Origin: Vicugna vicugna
Taxonomy: Eukaryota
Length of the DNA: 64,000 nucleotides
NCBI GenBank assembly: GCA_013265495.1
Contig: MU058065.1
Location: 7,130,302 to 7,194,301, forward strand
Direction: 5' to 3'
Shown: piece after piece, positions 51,011 through 63,650 of the stretch
How the letters are laid out: each line of letters opens with the position of its first letter
Numbering within the stretch: the stretch's first letter is position 1
Notes under the pieces: generated by a model
Told to the model about the DNA's origin: nothing
Seen by the model: the letters and a program-made list of their open reading frames with translations, nothing else
Databases searched by the model: none
Made by a program: the position numbers and the translations under genes

Positions 51011-54000
51011 TAAATGTGACTATTTCTTAATGTCTTCTGAAGTTGTGTTGCATTGATGTGCCCCCCAAATTGGCCATCAATCGGAACTTGAAAATCTGTT
51101 CCACAAGCAATGGCATGGCTACATTGTGCCAGGCGCTGAAAATAGGGATAGTTGAGACCTCAGGTTTCCTTAATTTGAGTCAAATTGGTGACCTGCCAAT
51201 AGAGGGCCCTGAGGCTCTATGGAACGGCTATGCCCTGTGTCCCACTCAACATACGGCAGTGGGCTTGATCCAGGGAAATACAGGAAGATTTCAAGGCTGA
51301 AAGGGAGTCCAAAGAGGATGTCTTCTGAAATGCTGGGTTAAATGGATCGTCCGCAACATCACGGTCATGGTCACTGTTGTTATGTTTCATTTGATCTTTA
51401 ACTCCAGCCCTCCAAAATGGTGGCATGCTTTCTGTGGGAAGGGAGATTAAGGGGGCCTCACCATTTTTCAGGGATTTTGACTGAGCAAGCCAGTCTTGCC
51501 ACTTTTCATAAAGCTGACAGGAGTTAGGGAGTCTCCTTGGCTGCCTAGTCTGTAATAAAAACTCTCCAAGATATATGTCGCCCCAACATGAGGCCAGTAA
51601 ACCAAGGCACAGAAAACCCTTGAAAGAACAAAATCAACTTACTCCCTAGCCTCTACCTGGGGGTCTCCTTGGACTTTGCTGCTGTGATGGGGTGTGGTGT
51701 CAACCACATGTGTGTTGGGTGGGGGGTGTGTGTGTAAGAGAAAGAGAGAGAATATCAGTGACATATTCTGTCTGTCAAAGATAACTCTTGCTCTTAATAT
51801 GAAACCCAGAAGAATGGGATTGGGAGTTATCTCCCAAATACTCTAGCTTCCCTTACCTGTGGACTTGCCATTCCAGTCTCTGCTTAAGCATTTTCAGTCT
51901 GTAATATGAAATACACTTTATGTTACTGGCTTTCTGGGAAGCAGGTTAGTGCTTTCCTTGGCTTTTCCCAACCTTCTCTCTTTCCAGAGCAGAAGTGCCC
52001 CTGGTGGGTAAGTCTCCATTTCCCTAACTCAGATGAGGAGGTGATGCTGGGAAGTAGGGGTGGGGCTGGAGGTGGGGGAAGTGTTAGCAGACTCCAGCAG
52101 TGCTTCCAAGGTCCTTGGCTTCTCAGGCACAGAGAGGGGTGACTGCTGGGCAGGCGACCTCTCCTCCTTCCTCCCCAGCTTCCACTGTGAGTTCAGCCAG
52201 CCATCCTGAGAGGCACACCTGGATATGAGGAAAAGTGGATGAAGCTTTGTGGACAAGGCATTTTTTAGTGACCTCGGTGGGCTCCCTGATCTCTCAGTAA
52301 GACTTGGGGATCCTGAAATATACCATCTCGTACTCAAGGGAACTTCTGGGTCATGACTAAAGGATCTAATGACACGTGACCAGTGATGATGTGCAAACTG
52401 AGGCCAAGGGAATGGAACTGACTTACCCAAGGTCACTCTGGTTGTTAGGGGCTGGACAGACCTCCCGCCTCCCAGATCAAAGCTTCTCTTCCTACACTAT
52501 GAGGCTGTGTGCTTGTGGAATGTCCTCTCTGGAGACCTTGGGCTGGAGCCATTCTGGCTCCTGGTCTCAGGCTTGACCTAGAGACTGTCACACCACTTTG
52601 CTTTTCTCAGCCAGACCCTTTACTCACTCTCTTTCAGGGCTCCAGCCATCTGCTCACCCACCTGAAACTCAGAAAAGAAAAAAGAAAATCTGTGTGACCC
52701 ATGGAAAATTTCATTGCGGACAAAGCCAGCCCCAACCCCTCCCTGCTTTGTTCCACTAGCAATCTTGAAGTCAGTTTTCTTTGGCCTGTCATCTGTAGGA
52801 TTTTCCCACCGTTGGAAGTGCCCTGACTCTCAGCAGTCCTGCTGGGTCACCATGCCTCAGTCAGGATTTGAAGTTTGCTACTGTTCCTTAAAATCATTTT
52901 TCTAGGGGTTTGCCCTATCAGCTTGCCTTATCTTGCACTCAATTTGTTTTTGACTCTGATTTTTTTTTTCTCATATTAGTGTTTGAGCTGGCTAACAGAC
53001 CTGTTGGTTTACTCCATCACCAACTTGATGTAAATTGGTTTTGGGTTTTGAGTAGGGTTTGGCCCCAGGTAAAATTGTGAAATTGTTGAAATGTGTCTCT
53101 GGTACCTAACCACCTTCCTTTCCACCCCCTCCTATCACAAGCACTTTCCTTCTCCAGATTTGCCCGGTGCTAGCTGTTTCTCTTGGAATATAACCACTTT
53201 ATCTGGTTAAACCAATTACATTTGTATAGTAACAGCCTTTCTCAGACAATTTAGGCATCTTCCCATCACCATCTCTCTGTGCCAGAAGTTGGTGGTCTAT
53301 AAACTTGACCATCATAGAATAAAAAGAGATTTTTGTTCCAAATGCAGATTCCCAGGCTTCACTGGGAGATGAAAGAAGGGAATCCTGAGTTGGGGATTTT
53401 TAAACAATATTTGCAGGCAGTTCTGATAATTAACTGCTGACCTCCAATGGGAAGTTTCCTCCCAACCCTGAGATTCTGTGATGCTAGGATTTTTATTCTC
53501 ATCACAGCCCTGGGAAGAACAATAATGATACAACAGCTAACATATCAAGTACTCACTAGATACTAAGTTCAGAGCTAAGCATTTTATATGATTTACCTTG
53601 GGAGTGAAGACATTCTTAATCCCTCTTCAACAACAGAGAAATTTAAGGTACCTATTGATCAAAGTCATCTGGTAGCGAACTGACTAGTGCCTTAAAATTT
53701 ATATAATTATTACAGGAGTAAAAAATTCTCCAAATTCTCCACTCTGGGTTGCAGGGTTCTTTGTGGAACATGGGGTCAATAAAAGTGGTCTCCAGTCTCA
53801 GCTGCAGTCCAGCTGTGAAGTCCTTAAGGACAGGGGACGTGTCTTCTTTTCCGCCCTCTCTCCTCCCCCAGCACACTCACACATCCTGCCTGGCAAGGAG
53901 AAGGCCCTCAGCAGATGTTTGTTGAATTGAAATTATCTGTAACCTAGGTCTTTTGACTTCTATCCCAGGGCATTTCTGCTATCTGGGACTTAATGAACTT

Positions 54001-54124
54001 CAGGATCTCAAGGTATAAATTGAAAACAGGGCTTAATTTGTTACATCATGGACAGATATTTGGGATTTTAAAGATTGAAATCATGCAAATTACAGAGATA
54101 ATTATCTCTAATGATGGAGCTTCA

Positions 54125-55950
54125 GGCATCTGGACAGGTAGACCATCTCTGGAAAGGTGTAGACCCACATATATGTGGTCACTTGTTTTTTAACAAAGGC
54201 ACCAATGCTGTTCAATGGGGGAAGGAAGGTCTTTTCAGTGAGTGGTCCTAGAACAACTGGACATTAATACAGAGGATAAAAAAAGAGAAACTGTAGCTCC
54301 TACCTCATAACATACATACAAGTTAATGTGAAATGAGTTATAGATTTAAATGCTAAAACAATAGTAAACAACATAAAAGACTATCTTTGCAATTGTGAGG
54401 TAGGCAAAGATTTCTTAGGCCACAAAGTTACAAACTACAAAAATTTTTTTTAATAATTTCAATCTCATCAAAACTAAAAAACGAATAAATTTCTGTTCAT
54501 CACGAGATACCATTAAGAAAGTGCAAAGGCAAGTCATGGTATAGGAGAACATGTTTGCCAAAAGACTAGTATCCAGAATATACAAAGAACTCTTACAACT
54601 CATTTATAACAAGACAAACAACCCAATTAAAAAAATATGCATGAGATTGGACAGGATTCCCACAAACAAAGATATTCAAGTGACCAATAAGTTGCTCAAT
54701 ATTATTAGACATCAGGGAAATGCAAAATAAATTAATAGAGGTGTTGCAGTATACACATTAGAATGGCTAGAATTAAAATGACTGACAATACAAAGTGTTG
54801 GTAAGAGTGTGGAACATCTGGAAATTTCAGAAGCTGTGGATGATGGTACAAAAAGCTCTAACCAATTTGGAAAACTGTCATTTCTAATTAATATCCACAT
54901 GTACCTACTCTATGACCCAGCAGTTCCACTCCTAATCATTTATCTGGGAGAAATAGAAATATATGTTTAAAAAAGACTTGCCCAGGAATATTCAATAGCA
55001 GGTTTGTTAGTAAAAGCCCTAAATTGGAAACAACACAGTATCTCTCAGCAGGAGATCAGGCAAACAAGTTATAGTATATTAGTAACATGAAATACTATTT
55101 AGCAATGAAAAAGTCACTGATAGAAGCTACAGAGGTGATTCTCTGAAACAGTATACTGAGTGAAATAAGATAGTCACAAAAACTTTATTTTGGATGATTC
55201 TATTTACATAATGTTTGAGACAGCCAAAATGAATCTATGATGATAAACATTAGAAACGTGATTATCTCAGAGAGGGAGGAAAGGTGTTATTGACTGGGCA
55301 GGGGCACGTACACACTGTCCCTGTTATACGTAGTCATGTAAAAACCTACCCCCCAAACCAGTGGCTTAAAACAACAATCGGCTCATTCTATCCCACAATG
55401 TTGTGTGTCAGGAATTCAGGCAGGGTTTGATTAAGTGATTCTTCTTTTCTGTGTGGGTAGGTTGGCCTTGAGGGTCCAAGACAGCCTCTTTGTGTATCTG
55501 ACACATTGGTGGGGCTTGTTGGAAGGCTGGACTCAGCTGAACTGTTGATTCGAGTGCCTGCAGGAGGCCTCTCCTCCATGGTGACTCCACGTGGTCAGAC
55601 TTCTTACCTGGGCTCAGGGCACTGAGAATGAGTGTGCAGAGAATAAGGCAGAAGCTGCTTGGCCTTTAATGGTATAGCCTTGGCTGTCACACAGTGTCAC
55701 GCCTGCTGTGTTCTAAGGCAAGGCAGTCACAAGCCTGCCTAGATTCATAGAGAGCATGTGGATCCCACCTCTCAATGGTAGAAGTGTCAAAGAATTTGCA
55801 ACCATGTTTTAAACCTGCCCAGGAACTTCCTGGGGCTGATGGGAATATTCTGTACTTTGATCTGGGTGATGTGGTGGTTACAGGAGTAGGTACAAAATTA
55901 CCGAGCTGTGTACTCAGCATCTACCCAGTTTATGTAAATTACACTGCTGT
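54125..55950 (+). mobile_element. Old L1M (ORF2 3' part plus 3'UTR) interrupted by a MaLR LTR
   Basis: tagtatccagaatatacaaagaactcttacaactc...atcagggaaatgcaaaat...ctatgacccagcagttccactccta; resumes ggaacttcctggggctgatgggaatattctg at about 55820. Confidence 0.85.
55315..55820 (-). mobile_element. MaLR solo LTR (MLT1H/G-like)
   Basis: cagtggcttaaaacaacaa...gtcaggaattcaggcaggg...ccacctctcaatggtagaagtgtcaaagaatttgcaaccatgttttaaacc. Confidence 0.8.
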
Positions 55951-56812
55951 TTATAATATCTGCAGAGTGCTTTACGTACATCACTCTTGTTATTTTCACG
56001 AGAATTATTATCCAATTTTACAGATATACCATTAAACTTAGTAGCTTGGCCAAAGTCAGACAGAATCAGGGTTCAAATCCAAGTCTGTCTGATCCTGAAG
56101 TGTCTTATCTTTCCACGAATATCATGTGACAGGGACAAAATGGTTTATTCATTCTTCTTCACTTCATATCTACTGAGAACCCACTGTACGTTGAGTACTG
56201 GGCTAAGAACTGGGGATAGAAAGGAGAATGACACCCGCTTTTGCCTTCAAGGGCTCATGGCCTGAAGGAGGGGACAGATCTATATAAAAATATCAATCTA
56301 CAATGTGACTAATATCATATGCTGAATACATTTTCTAAACTCCCAAATCGGGATCCCATGAAATATTTGGTACCCATGGATACAGAAAGATAGGGTATTT
56401 GAAATCAGAACTTGTTCTAGAAAACATGGTCACAGTAGAGCAGCACATTTACCAAGTGCTAATGGAGCCCAGAAGAGGGAGGTGTGGAAGGGGACAGGAA
56501 CGTTGCTCAGGGCCTCCTAAGTGGCCAGCACTGCGGGAAACCTTTATATTCAGTATTTCTCCAAACCCTGACCACATCCCCACATTAGTGTTATTTCCCT
56601 CACTTTGCATGCAAGGAACTGAGGGTAGGAGAGATTAAGGAAATAACTCAGGACAGGTAGCCAAAGGGTAGCAGAGTCTGTCTCTGAGCCTAGAGACTGG
56701 CTGTTTATTTTGGGAGGGGGCATGAGATTTGATTTCTTTACTCCTTCTTTCGATTTCTGTTGATTGTTGGGGCTGCGTGTTCACTGTGTTCTTGCTTCTC
56801 TGTAGGGTCCCC

Positions 56813-57049
56813 ACACTTGGTCCATCTGCCGCTGCTGTCTTGGGGCTGGTTTGTACTGGTTTTGCAAGAGCAATTGTTACATTTCTTCCTGACTCCCATC
56901 TTCCGTGATAGTCATGTTGACAGCTTGAAACTGGCAATTGTGGGAATGTTCACACATGGAAACCAGCAAAAGCTGCAAATCAGGGTTTTATTTTTGGGGA
57001 GGGCGGAAGATGAGAATACCACTTTTCCAGAATACCAGAATACCACTGT
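56813..57049 (+). mobile_element. MER63-type hAT element
   Basis: cagcttgaaactggcaattgtgggaatgttcacacatggaaaccagcaaaagctgcaaatcaggg...accagaataccactg; reverse-oriented relative of 6944-7146. Confidence 0.6.
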
Positions 57050-58819
57050 TCTGCCCTGACTGTACGCTCAGTTGTATCTGTAATCTTTTGACTTTACATT
57101 TCAGAAATGCTCTTTATCCTGTTAAATTCTTGTATGTAAAATTTAATTTGCTTGGATGATATTCTCTAAAAAACCCTTTTTTTTTTTTGGTTTTGGGGTT
57201 TGAATTTGATTTTACCCTTTACTTGCTTACTCTTTCTGCTTTTTGCCATTTTAATCACATTTGGGATGGACTTGGTCCAGCCTCGAGCTGTCACACCTTC
57301 CCCTTCTGTGACCACGCAGAACCATCTGCTCTGGGACCTCCGTCTCTGTCACTGCCATCCTGGGACCCATCTTTCGTGCCTTTTCCTTGTTTCGCATTCC
57401 AGGCTGCCGGAGTTAGCCAGCTTTGACTAACAGGTGTCGATGTGCTGCTCTCTTGAAAACAGTCTTTTCTCCTTTGTCAGCTCCCCGAGGTGTCTCGCCA
57501 TTGTCACCAGCCACCCTGAGATACAAGGGCCTCAGCCGGAGATTACGGAGTGTCAGCTCTCTGGAAAGGGTCTGGGGCCCCTCAGTCAGCAGTGGGCTCG
57601 GAGGGCCTGTGGCACCGTGCTGGCCCGAGTTTACAGAGAGGCTGCTGACGGGCTGTTGGGGCCAGGACATACCCTGGCTTATTCCTTCAGGGAGTGGGTG
57701 GGGGACTGATTTTCTAGTTTTTCTGGTCACTTGATTGGATTTACTTCATCTGCTTCTGCTGAGCCTCTCCCTGTACCCAAATGAAGATAACTGTGAGACA
57801 GCCACTGAGGCCGTTGAGGTGCCACATTTATTGAGCACTTACTGAAGGCCGGCTGCTCTGCCAACTGCTTCAACAGCATCGTCTCATTCAATTCTGACAA
57901 CGACTCGGAGGCAGAAGCTAAGCTCCTGAGAGATTAAATAATTTTCCCCAGTAAACAGCAATGAAAAGTGTGCATCACAATTTGAACTCAGAGTTGCCTG
58001 ATTCCAGTCAACATAATCCCCTGGCCTCTCTGTGTGCTCTCTTCACTCTCTGGAGGATATAACACTTTAAGCATCATTTGATAACATCTATCCATGTGCT
58101 AGATGTGGGGCTGGGAGCCCGGGGCTGAATGAGATGCAGTCCTTGCCTTTGAGAAGCTCTTGGTCTAGTGGAGGAGGCACAGACTTGAACACAGATAATT
58201 CGAATCAGGGCATCATTTGGTGTGGAACCAAGAAGGGCATGAATCTCTGTGTTTGGGGATGGAATGAAACCAGGGATGCTTCCTGAAAGGGGATGGGGTT
58301 GGGGGGCATTTAAGCAAGATCTGGAGAGGACAGCACCTACCTCCTTACACTGCATGCAGGCTGTCTTCATGGAGACAGAGGAAGCCGATCAGCCACCCTT
58401 AACCTCCGAGTTCTCTTCCTGGGTCTCTTCTCAGGGGGCAAGGCCATGACTATCTCTCCCTGGAGACTGTGAGTTATACCTGCTTCTAGACTGGGTTCCT
58501 GGTACCCAAGATTCTGAAATTCCCTGCCCCAGTGACCCTGAGCCTTTCTGTTCTCCCAGGGGTGGACTACCTGGCCATTGGGCACATCCCTAGGCTCCAG
58601 GGGTGGCCAGGGAGAGGCTATTTGTAGGGTCAGGGGCTGTGGCCTGAGCTTGAAAGAGCAGCCTGGAGTGTCCACATGTGTCTGTGTAGGTGTTGTATGG
58701 GAAGGAGCTGGGGAGGGGAGTGGAGGGAGGGGAGCCACTGGCCAGAGTCCAGGGCCTGGGGCCCAGATACTGATGGACACTTCTAAGTTCGAACCTGGCC
58801 TTTGATAACATTATGAAGT

Positions 58820-58992
58820 TGTTTTTTTTTTTTTTCATTTTGAAAGAATTTTACATGAGTTACAAAAATAGTACAGTGAGGTCTTGTATATCTTTGACTC
58901 AGTGTCCCCTAATATTTACATCTTAGGCAGCCCCAGTACCATTATCCAAATGAATCGACATTGGACAATACTATTAAATAAATGACAGACTG
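58820..58992 (-). mobile_element. L1MB-type 3' fragment
   Basis: ttacaaaaatagtacagtgagg...acattggacaatactattaaataaatgacagac. Confidence 0.6.
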
Positions 58993-59284
58993 AAAACTAG
59001 TAACTAATGCCTGAACCAGAAAGGCCCTCATCTCTGAGTGGGTAGCAGCCTTCCAAAGTTAGAACAGAGGCCCTGGAATTTGGGATTCCCAGGTGCCCAA
59101 GGAGTGCCCCTTGTCCACACACCCACCATCCTAGGAGGCCACAGGCCTCCAGGGGTGGAGGCTGGGGAGGCGTGGAGATTCACCGGGAGGCCGAGCCTTA
59201 CCCCAGTGACAGCCTGATACCCCTTCAGCTGTCTGATTCCACCATTTATGATCTGATGAGGGAGCAACCGGAGTCCTATAGGGT

Positions 59285-59470
59285 TTTTTTTTTAAGATTA
59301 TTTTAAAAATATTTTATTTATTTATTTATCATTGTTTTATTTAATGATTTTTATTTTTGCAGGGGGTAGGTAATTAGATTTATTTATTTTTGGAGAGGTA
59401 CTGGGGATTGAATCCAGGACCTTGTGCATGCTAAGCATGCGCTCTGCCACCTCAGCTATATCCTCCCCCA
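59285..59470 (-). mobile_element. tRNA-Ala-derived SINE (vic-1-like)
   Basis: Reverse complement ggggaggatatagctgaggtggcagagcgcatgcttagcatgcacaaggtcctggattcaatccccagtacctc, close to tRNA-Ala(AGC). TSD agtcct(a/c)tagg at 59272-59282 / 59471-59481. Confidence 0.9.
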
Positions 59471-62117
59471 AGTCCTCTAGGTTTGAGAGACATTTCTGGA
59501 GAAGCTCCCAGGGTTGAAGAGCCAGGGCTCTATGAATATCAGATCATGCGAGATTTTAGAATATTAGATTATGTTAGACAGCATGGGTACTTGGAGAAGC
59601 CAAGTGCCCCATGCCGGTGTGCACACACACAAGTTCTCATCTTTATCTTCTTAATCCCCCTCCCTTCACCCTGCTCTCTACCTGCAGAAGAGGGAGAGCA
59701 TTAGGCTGGAGTAGGGGGAGCTGGGTTCTCTGATCTGGGCTCGGTGACTCTGGGCAAATAACTTCATCCCTGTGCATCCTGCCCGACACCAGAGAGGAAG
59801 CTGACCTCCAAGATCTTGAAGACCTTGTTCTCCTTTCTCTGTGTGTGATTCTTCCTCTGCTCGCCTTCCTGCAGTCCCCATCCTTCTCACCTTCCTCCAT
59901 CCTTTCTGCTCTCATTTTTCTGCTTTTCTTGTACTTTTCCCCCTTCCCCCTCCTCCCACCCCCACGCCCCGTCCCTCCATTAGGTATGATCCATGTTAGC
60001 CGAAGGCCTCAATAGCCCACTGATTGCTTGCGGCAATTTTTTCAAATGAGAGAGGGAAAAAAGAGAAAGAATTAAATCAGAGTATTGGCAGCTGGCAGTC
60101 TGTTTCAGTCGCAGAAAAATGTCCCCGACTTCCTTGAATATTGAAACACTGATGAAGAACAGATTTCCTCTGGCCGTGTGAATTCCCCTCCGTCCGAGTT
60201 TGGCAGAGGGACTGACTGCTTGATATTATTATAGCCGGCTCGATGCTTTCTCTGTTTAGCAAAGTTGGGATGCATTTCACCCAACCCCTGTATTGATGTA
60301 ACACTATTTTTATTTGTAATGAGGGCTTATTAAAAGATATATACATTTCCACAGATTTCTGACTCTGGGTAGGCCCGGATCTGAGGCCGTCCAGGCAGGA
60401 AGGCCTAGGTTTTTCCACCCTTTCTCCATGGGGAGAGCGCTAGAATTTAGGCATTCTCCCTTGTCCCCACCCCTTGTTAGATCTCACTGATTTTAACAAA
60501 CATTTTCTTTTCTTCAGTTTCCTCAGTGACATAGAATCAGATGCGTGTGTTGGACGGAGTCTTCCAAAGGTCACCTGTCTGTGAGCCGTACACACTGACA
60601 ACGGGCCCCGGTTGGGCAGGTCTGAGTGAGTGGTGAGGGAGGATCAGACACCTGGGGAACACATATGGATATAGATATGCAGTTTCTTCTTCGTGATTCA
60701 GTTCCACGCAGGGGGAAGCAGGAGTGAGTGGGTGGTGAGAGGGAAGGGCACAGAGGCCAGCCCGCGGGGCTGGGGAAGGAGCTGTGAAGAAGGCAGGGGC
60801 AGTCTGGTAGCGACGAGCCCAGGGATGCTGGGCAGACCAGAAGCAGTGGCTACTGACAGGGAGCTTCTCTGTTTTGGAAAAATCTTTAGTGCCTTCTGTC
60901 AGGGTGGATCCATCCTTTAGTAGCAGGTGACGGCCCCAACTCAGCACACCCAGTCTCTTTGGGTCAGAGCCACAGCAACTACGGTCATAGAACCCAGAGT
61001 GGCTAGGATCTTAGAAAGGATGATTTGGGCCTCGGGTCTTTGGAGCTTCTGAGAGTTCTGAGAATGCTCTTACATGAAAGAAATGGCATCGTTGTTCATT
61101 TCTTTCTGGGGTGAGGGGGCAAGGTACAGTTTTCATCATTCCTGAAAGAGATCCTGATCTGAATGTTCTCAAACCCCTGGTCTAGTTCAGTCCCCATGTT
61201 GACTGTCTGGGGGAATTGAAGACCAGCAAGGTGATGAGGCTTAACAAGGCCTCAAGGGGAGTTATTGTAATTTCTTCCATCGACAGATGATGAAACAGGC
61301 CTGGGGAATTCTGGTGACTCAAGCAGCCAGCAGCAGAGTTAGGCTTACAGCTGGTGTCCTGCTCGCAGTCCAGGCATCTTCTGTACATCCCCTTCTTTCC
61401 TGCTATGCCGCTGTCATCTCCTTAGCTCTGCTCCTCCACCTCAGACAGCAGCAATGGCGGTCTGCCCCAGGCTTCACTCCCAGCCTCCGAGAATTGACAG
61501 AGATAGCTAAAATGGTGTTTGAATGGAGCTGGTTTCCACGAGAGTGGTGTTCGCTGTGATCTTGCTTCCAGTCAACATTCTAATGCACAGTGTAGTGGTT
61601 CCCAACATCTTTGGTTTAGAGGAAGCTGATGCACTGAAACGTGAAGGCTTGAGCTTAATAGTGTGTGGTGCAGCTCCCCCAACCTCCACTTACTATCTCT
61701 AGAACGCATGCTCAATTTGCTCCATGGCGAATTCACTTTCAAAATCAGGTAAAGGAGGCTACACAAGGGTCAAGAGGACTTGGCAATCTAAACTGTGTCC
61801 CTTCACTTCAGCTACTCAGAATGGTTTTCTGTTCTTTGAATGTACCACACTCTTCCACGCCTTTGGTGCAAGCTGTTCCTTTAGCCTGACATACCCTTCC
61901 GCTGGAAATGCCTTATTGTTTTGAGACTTGCCTCCAAAGTCACCCCCATTGTGAAGCTCTCTCTGACTCTCCTTTGTGGAGTTGGGTCTCCCTCTTTCCT
62001 GTTTGTGGGTCTGTTAGAGAGCTTATCACGGGGTCTGGTGAGTGTTGGTGTAGAGGCTGATATCCTAGCTGGACTGTGAGCTCTGGGAGGATGGGGACTA
62101 TTTAGAGCACTGAAGGG

Positions 62118-62592
62118 CAGTGCTTCTCACTGGCGAACACTTGGTCCCTCACCCCCTGAGGGGCAGGAGAGGAGAGCTAGTGGCCTCTAGTAGGCAGACT
62201 TCAGAGATGCCACTGAATATCCTATGATGCCCAGGACAGTTCCCTACAAAAAGAAACAGACTCACAGACATAGAAAACAAACTTACAGTTACCAGGTGGG
62301 GAAAGGGGTGGGAAGGGATAAATAGGGAGTTCAAGATTTGCAGATACTAACTACTATATATAAAATAGATAAACAACAAGTTTGTACTGTATAGCCCAGG
62401 GAAATATATTCAATATCTTGTAGCAACCTATAATGAAAAAGAACATGAAAACAAATATATGTGTGTATATGTATGACTGAACTATTATGCTGTACACCAG
62501 AAATTGACACAACATTATAAACTGACTATACTTTCATAAAAAAAGCACTACTGGGCCCCAAAATATCAATGGTACCACTGTTGAGGAACCTG
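62118..62592 (+). mobile_element. MER20 hAT element split by an L1
   Basis: cagtgcttctca...tggcctctagtaggcaga...aggacagttccctacaaaaaga [L1] ggccccaaaatatcaatggtaccactgttgaggaacctg. Confidence 0.75.
62250..62545 (+). mobile_element. Camelid-type L1 3' end
   Basis: aaacagactcacagacatagaaaacaaacttacagttaccag...tgtacaccagaaattgacacaacattataaactgactatac plus an A-tail. Confidence 0.9.
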
Positions 62593-63467
62593 CCATGGAG
62601 GATCAATAACCTGTGGTGGAATTCCTCCAACAGCCGGCACAAGTGTGTGAAGGGTTAATGCAGTCAGGGAAGAGCATTAACCATTTCCCCCTTGTAGTGA
62701 GCAGATCAGGGGTGCAGCCTTTGACAACAAACATTTTAAAGAAAGTTTCAACTACATGGTTTGTGTTCTAAGAACTTCTTCTGACTCTGTCAGCCCTCAG
62801 AGAAGATGATGTTGAAGTTTCCTTCCAAATGTGGCATCCTGGAATTCAGAGACCATCAACTTTGTCATGAAAGGCAGAGATTAAGGCTAGTGGCTCTTTG
62901 GATGAGAGAGCTCATTTTGGAAGACTACATCTTTACAAAGCTCTTCTTGTGCTCTCAAAGGCACTAAAGTTCTTTAAATGAGGATTTTAAAAATCTCACT
63001 TGAGAATGGATTGCAAGACAAGAGACAGACCACAAGAAGGAATTTAGGCATATTCTATCAAATCAACCATATTCTTGAGTATTTATCTTGGAAAAGACAC
63101 ATGGATGAACCATCCTTAAACAGTCAGTATATAAACTAAGAGATTTTCTGTTGCTCCTCCAAAATGTACTAGTTAGGAAGGGTAAGGCAGAGAGAATGCT
63201 CTCAGGAGGGTCTGTACAGGAGGAGCAGGAGCTGGGGTCCTGGGGAGGGAGGGATGTACAAGTGGGAGGCAAGGAAGGGAAGGAGGGCAAAAGAAGGTTG
63301 TTCAGTGGCCCGGGAAATACAAGGGGCAGGAGAATGGTGTGTGGGTGCCATAGGGAGGCTGGCCTGATGGCAGTGCAGGACGGGCTTAATGACATGGTCT
63401 GGGATGGGCTGAGTCATTTGGGGAGGGGAGTCCACAGCCATAGGAAAATGTTCCTCTATCTCTAGGA

Positions 63468-63650
63468 GAAGTGGTTCCCAAACCCAGTCACTTATCACAA
63501 TCCCTGGACCCCTTTAAAAATATTCAGATTCCATCCCTAGAGGTTCTGATTCTATGGGTTTGGGGTGAGGCCCAGGAATCTCCAGTTCACAGAAGTTCCC
63601 CAGGTGATTCGAATACTCATCCGTTTGGACATCAGTGCTCCAGATTAGAA
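63468..63650. mobile_element. MER5A-type hAT MITE
   Basis: agtggttcccaaac...ttctgattctatgggtttggggtgaggcccaggaatct...ttccccaggtgattc. Others lie at about 47460-47590 and 53310-53450. Confidence 0.7.

Noticed and set aside
59395..59470. tRNA-Ala gene
   Set aside because: Diverged head with an A-rich tail, a TSD and multiple dispersed copies: a SINE, not a tRNA gene.
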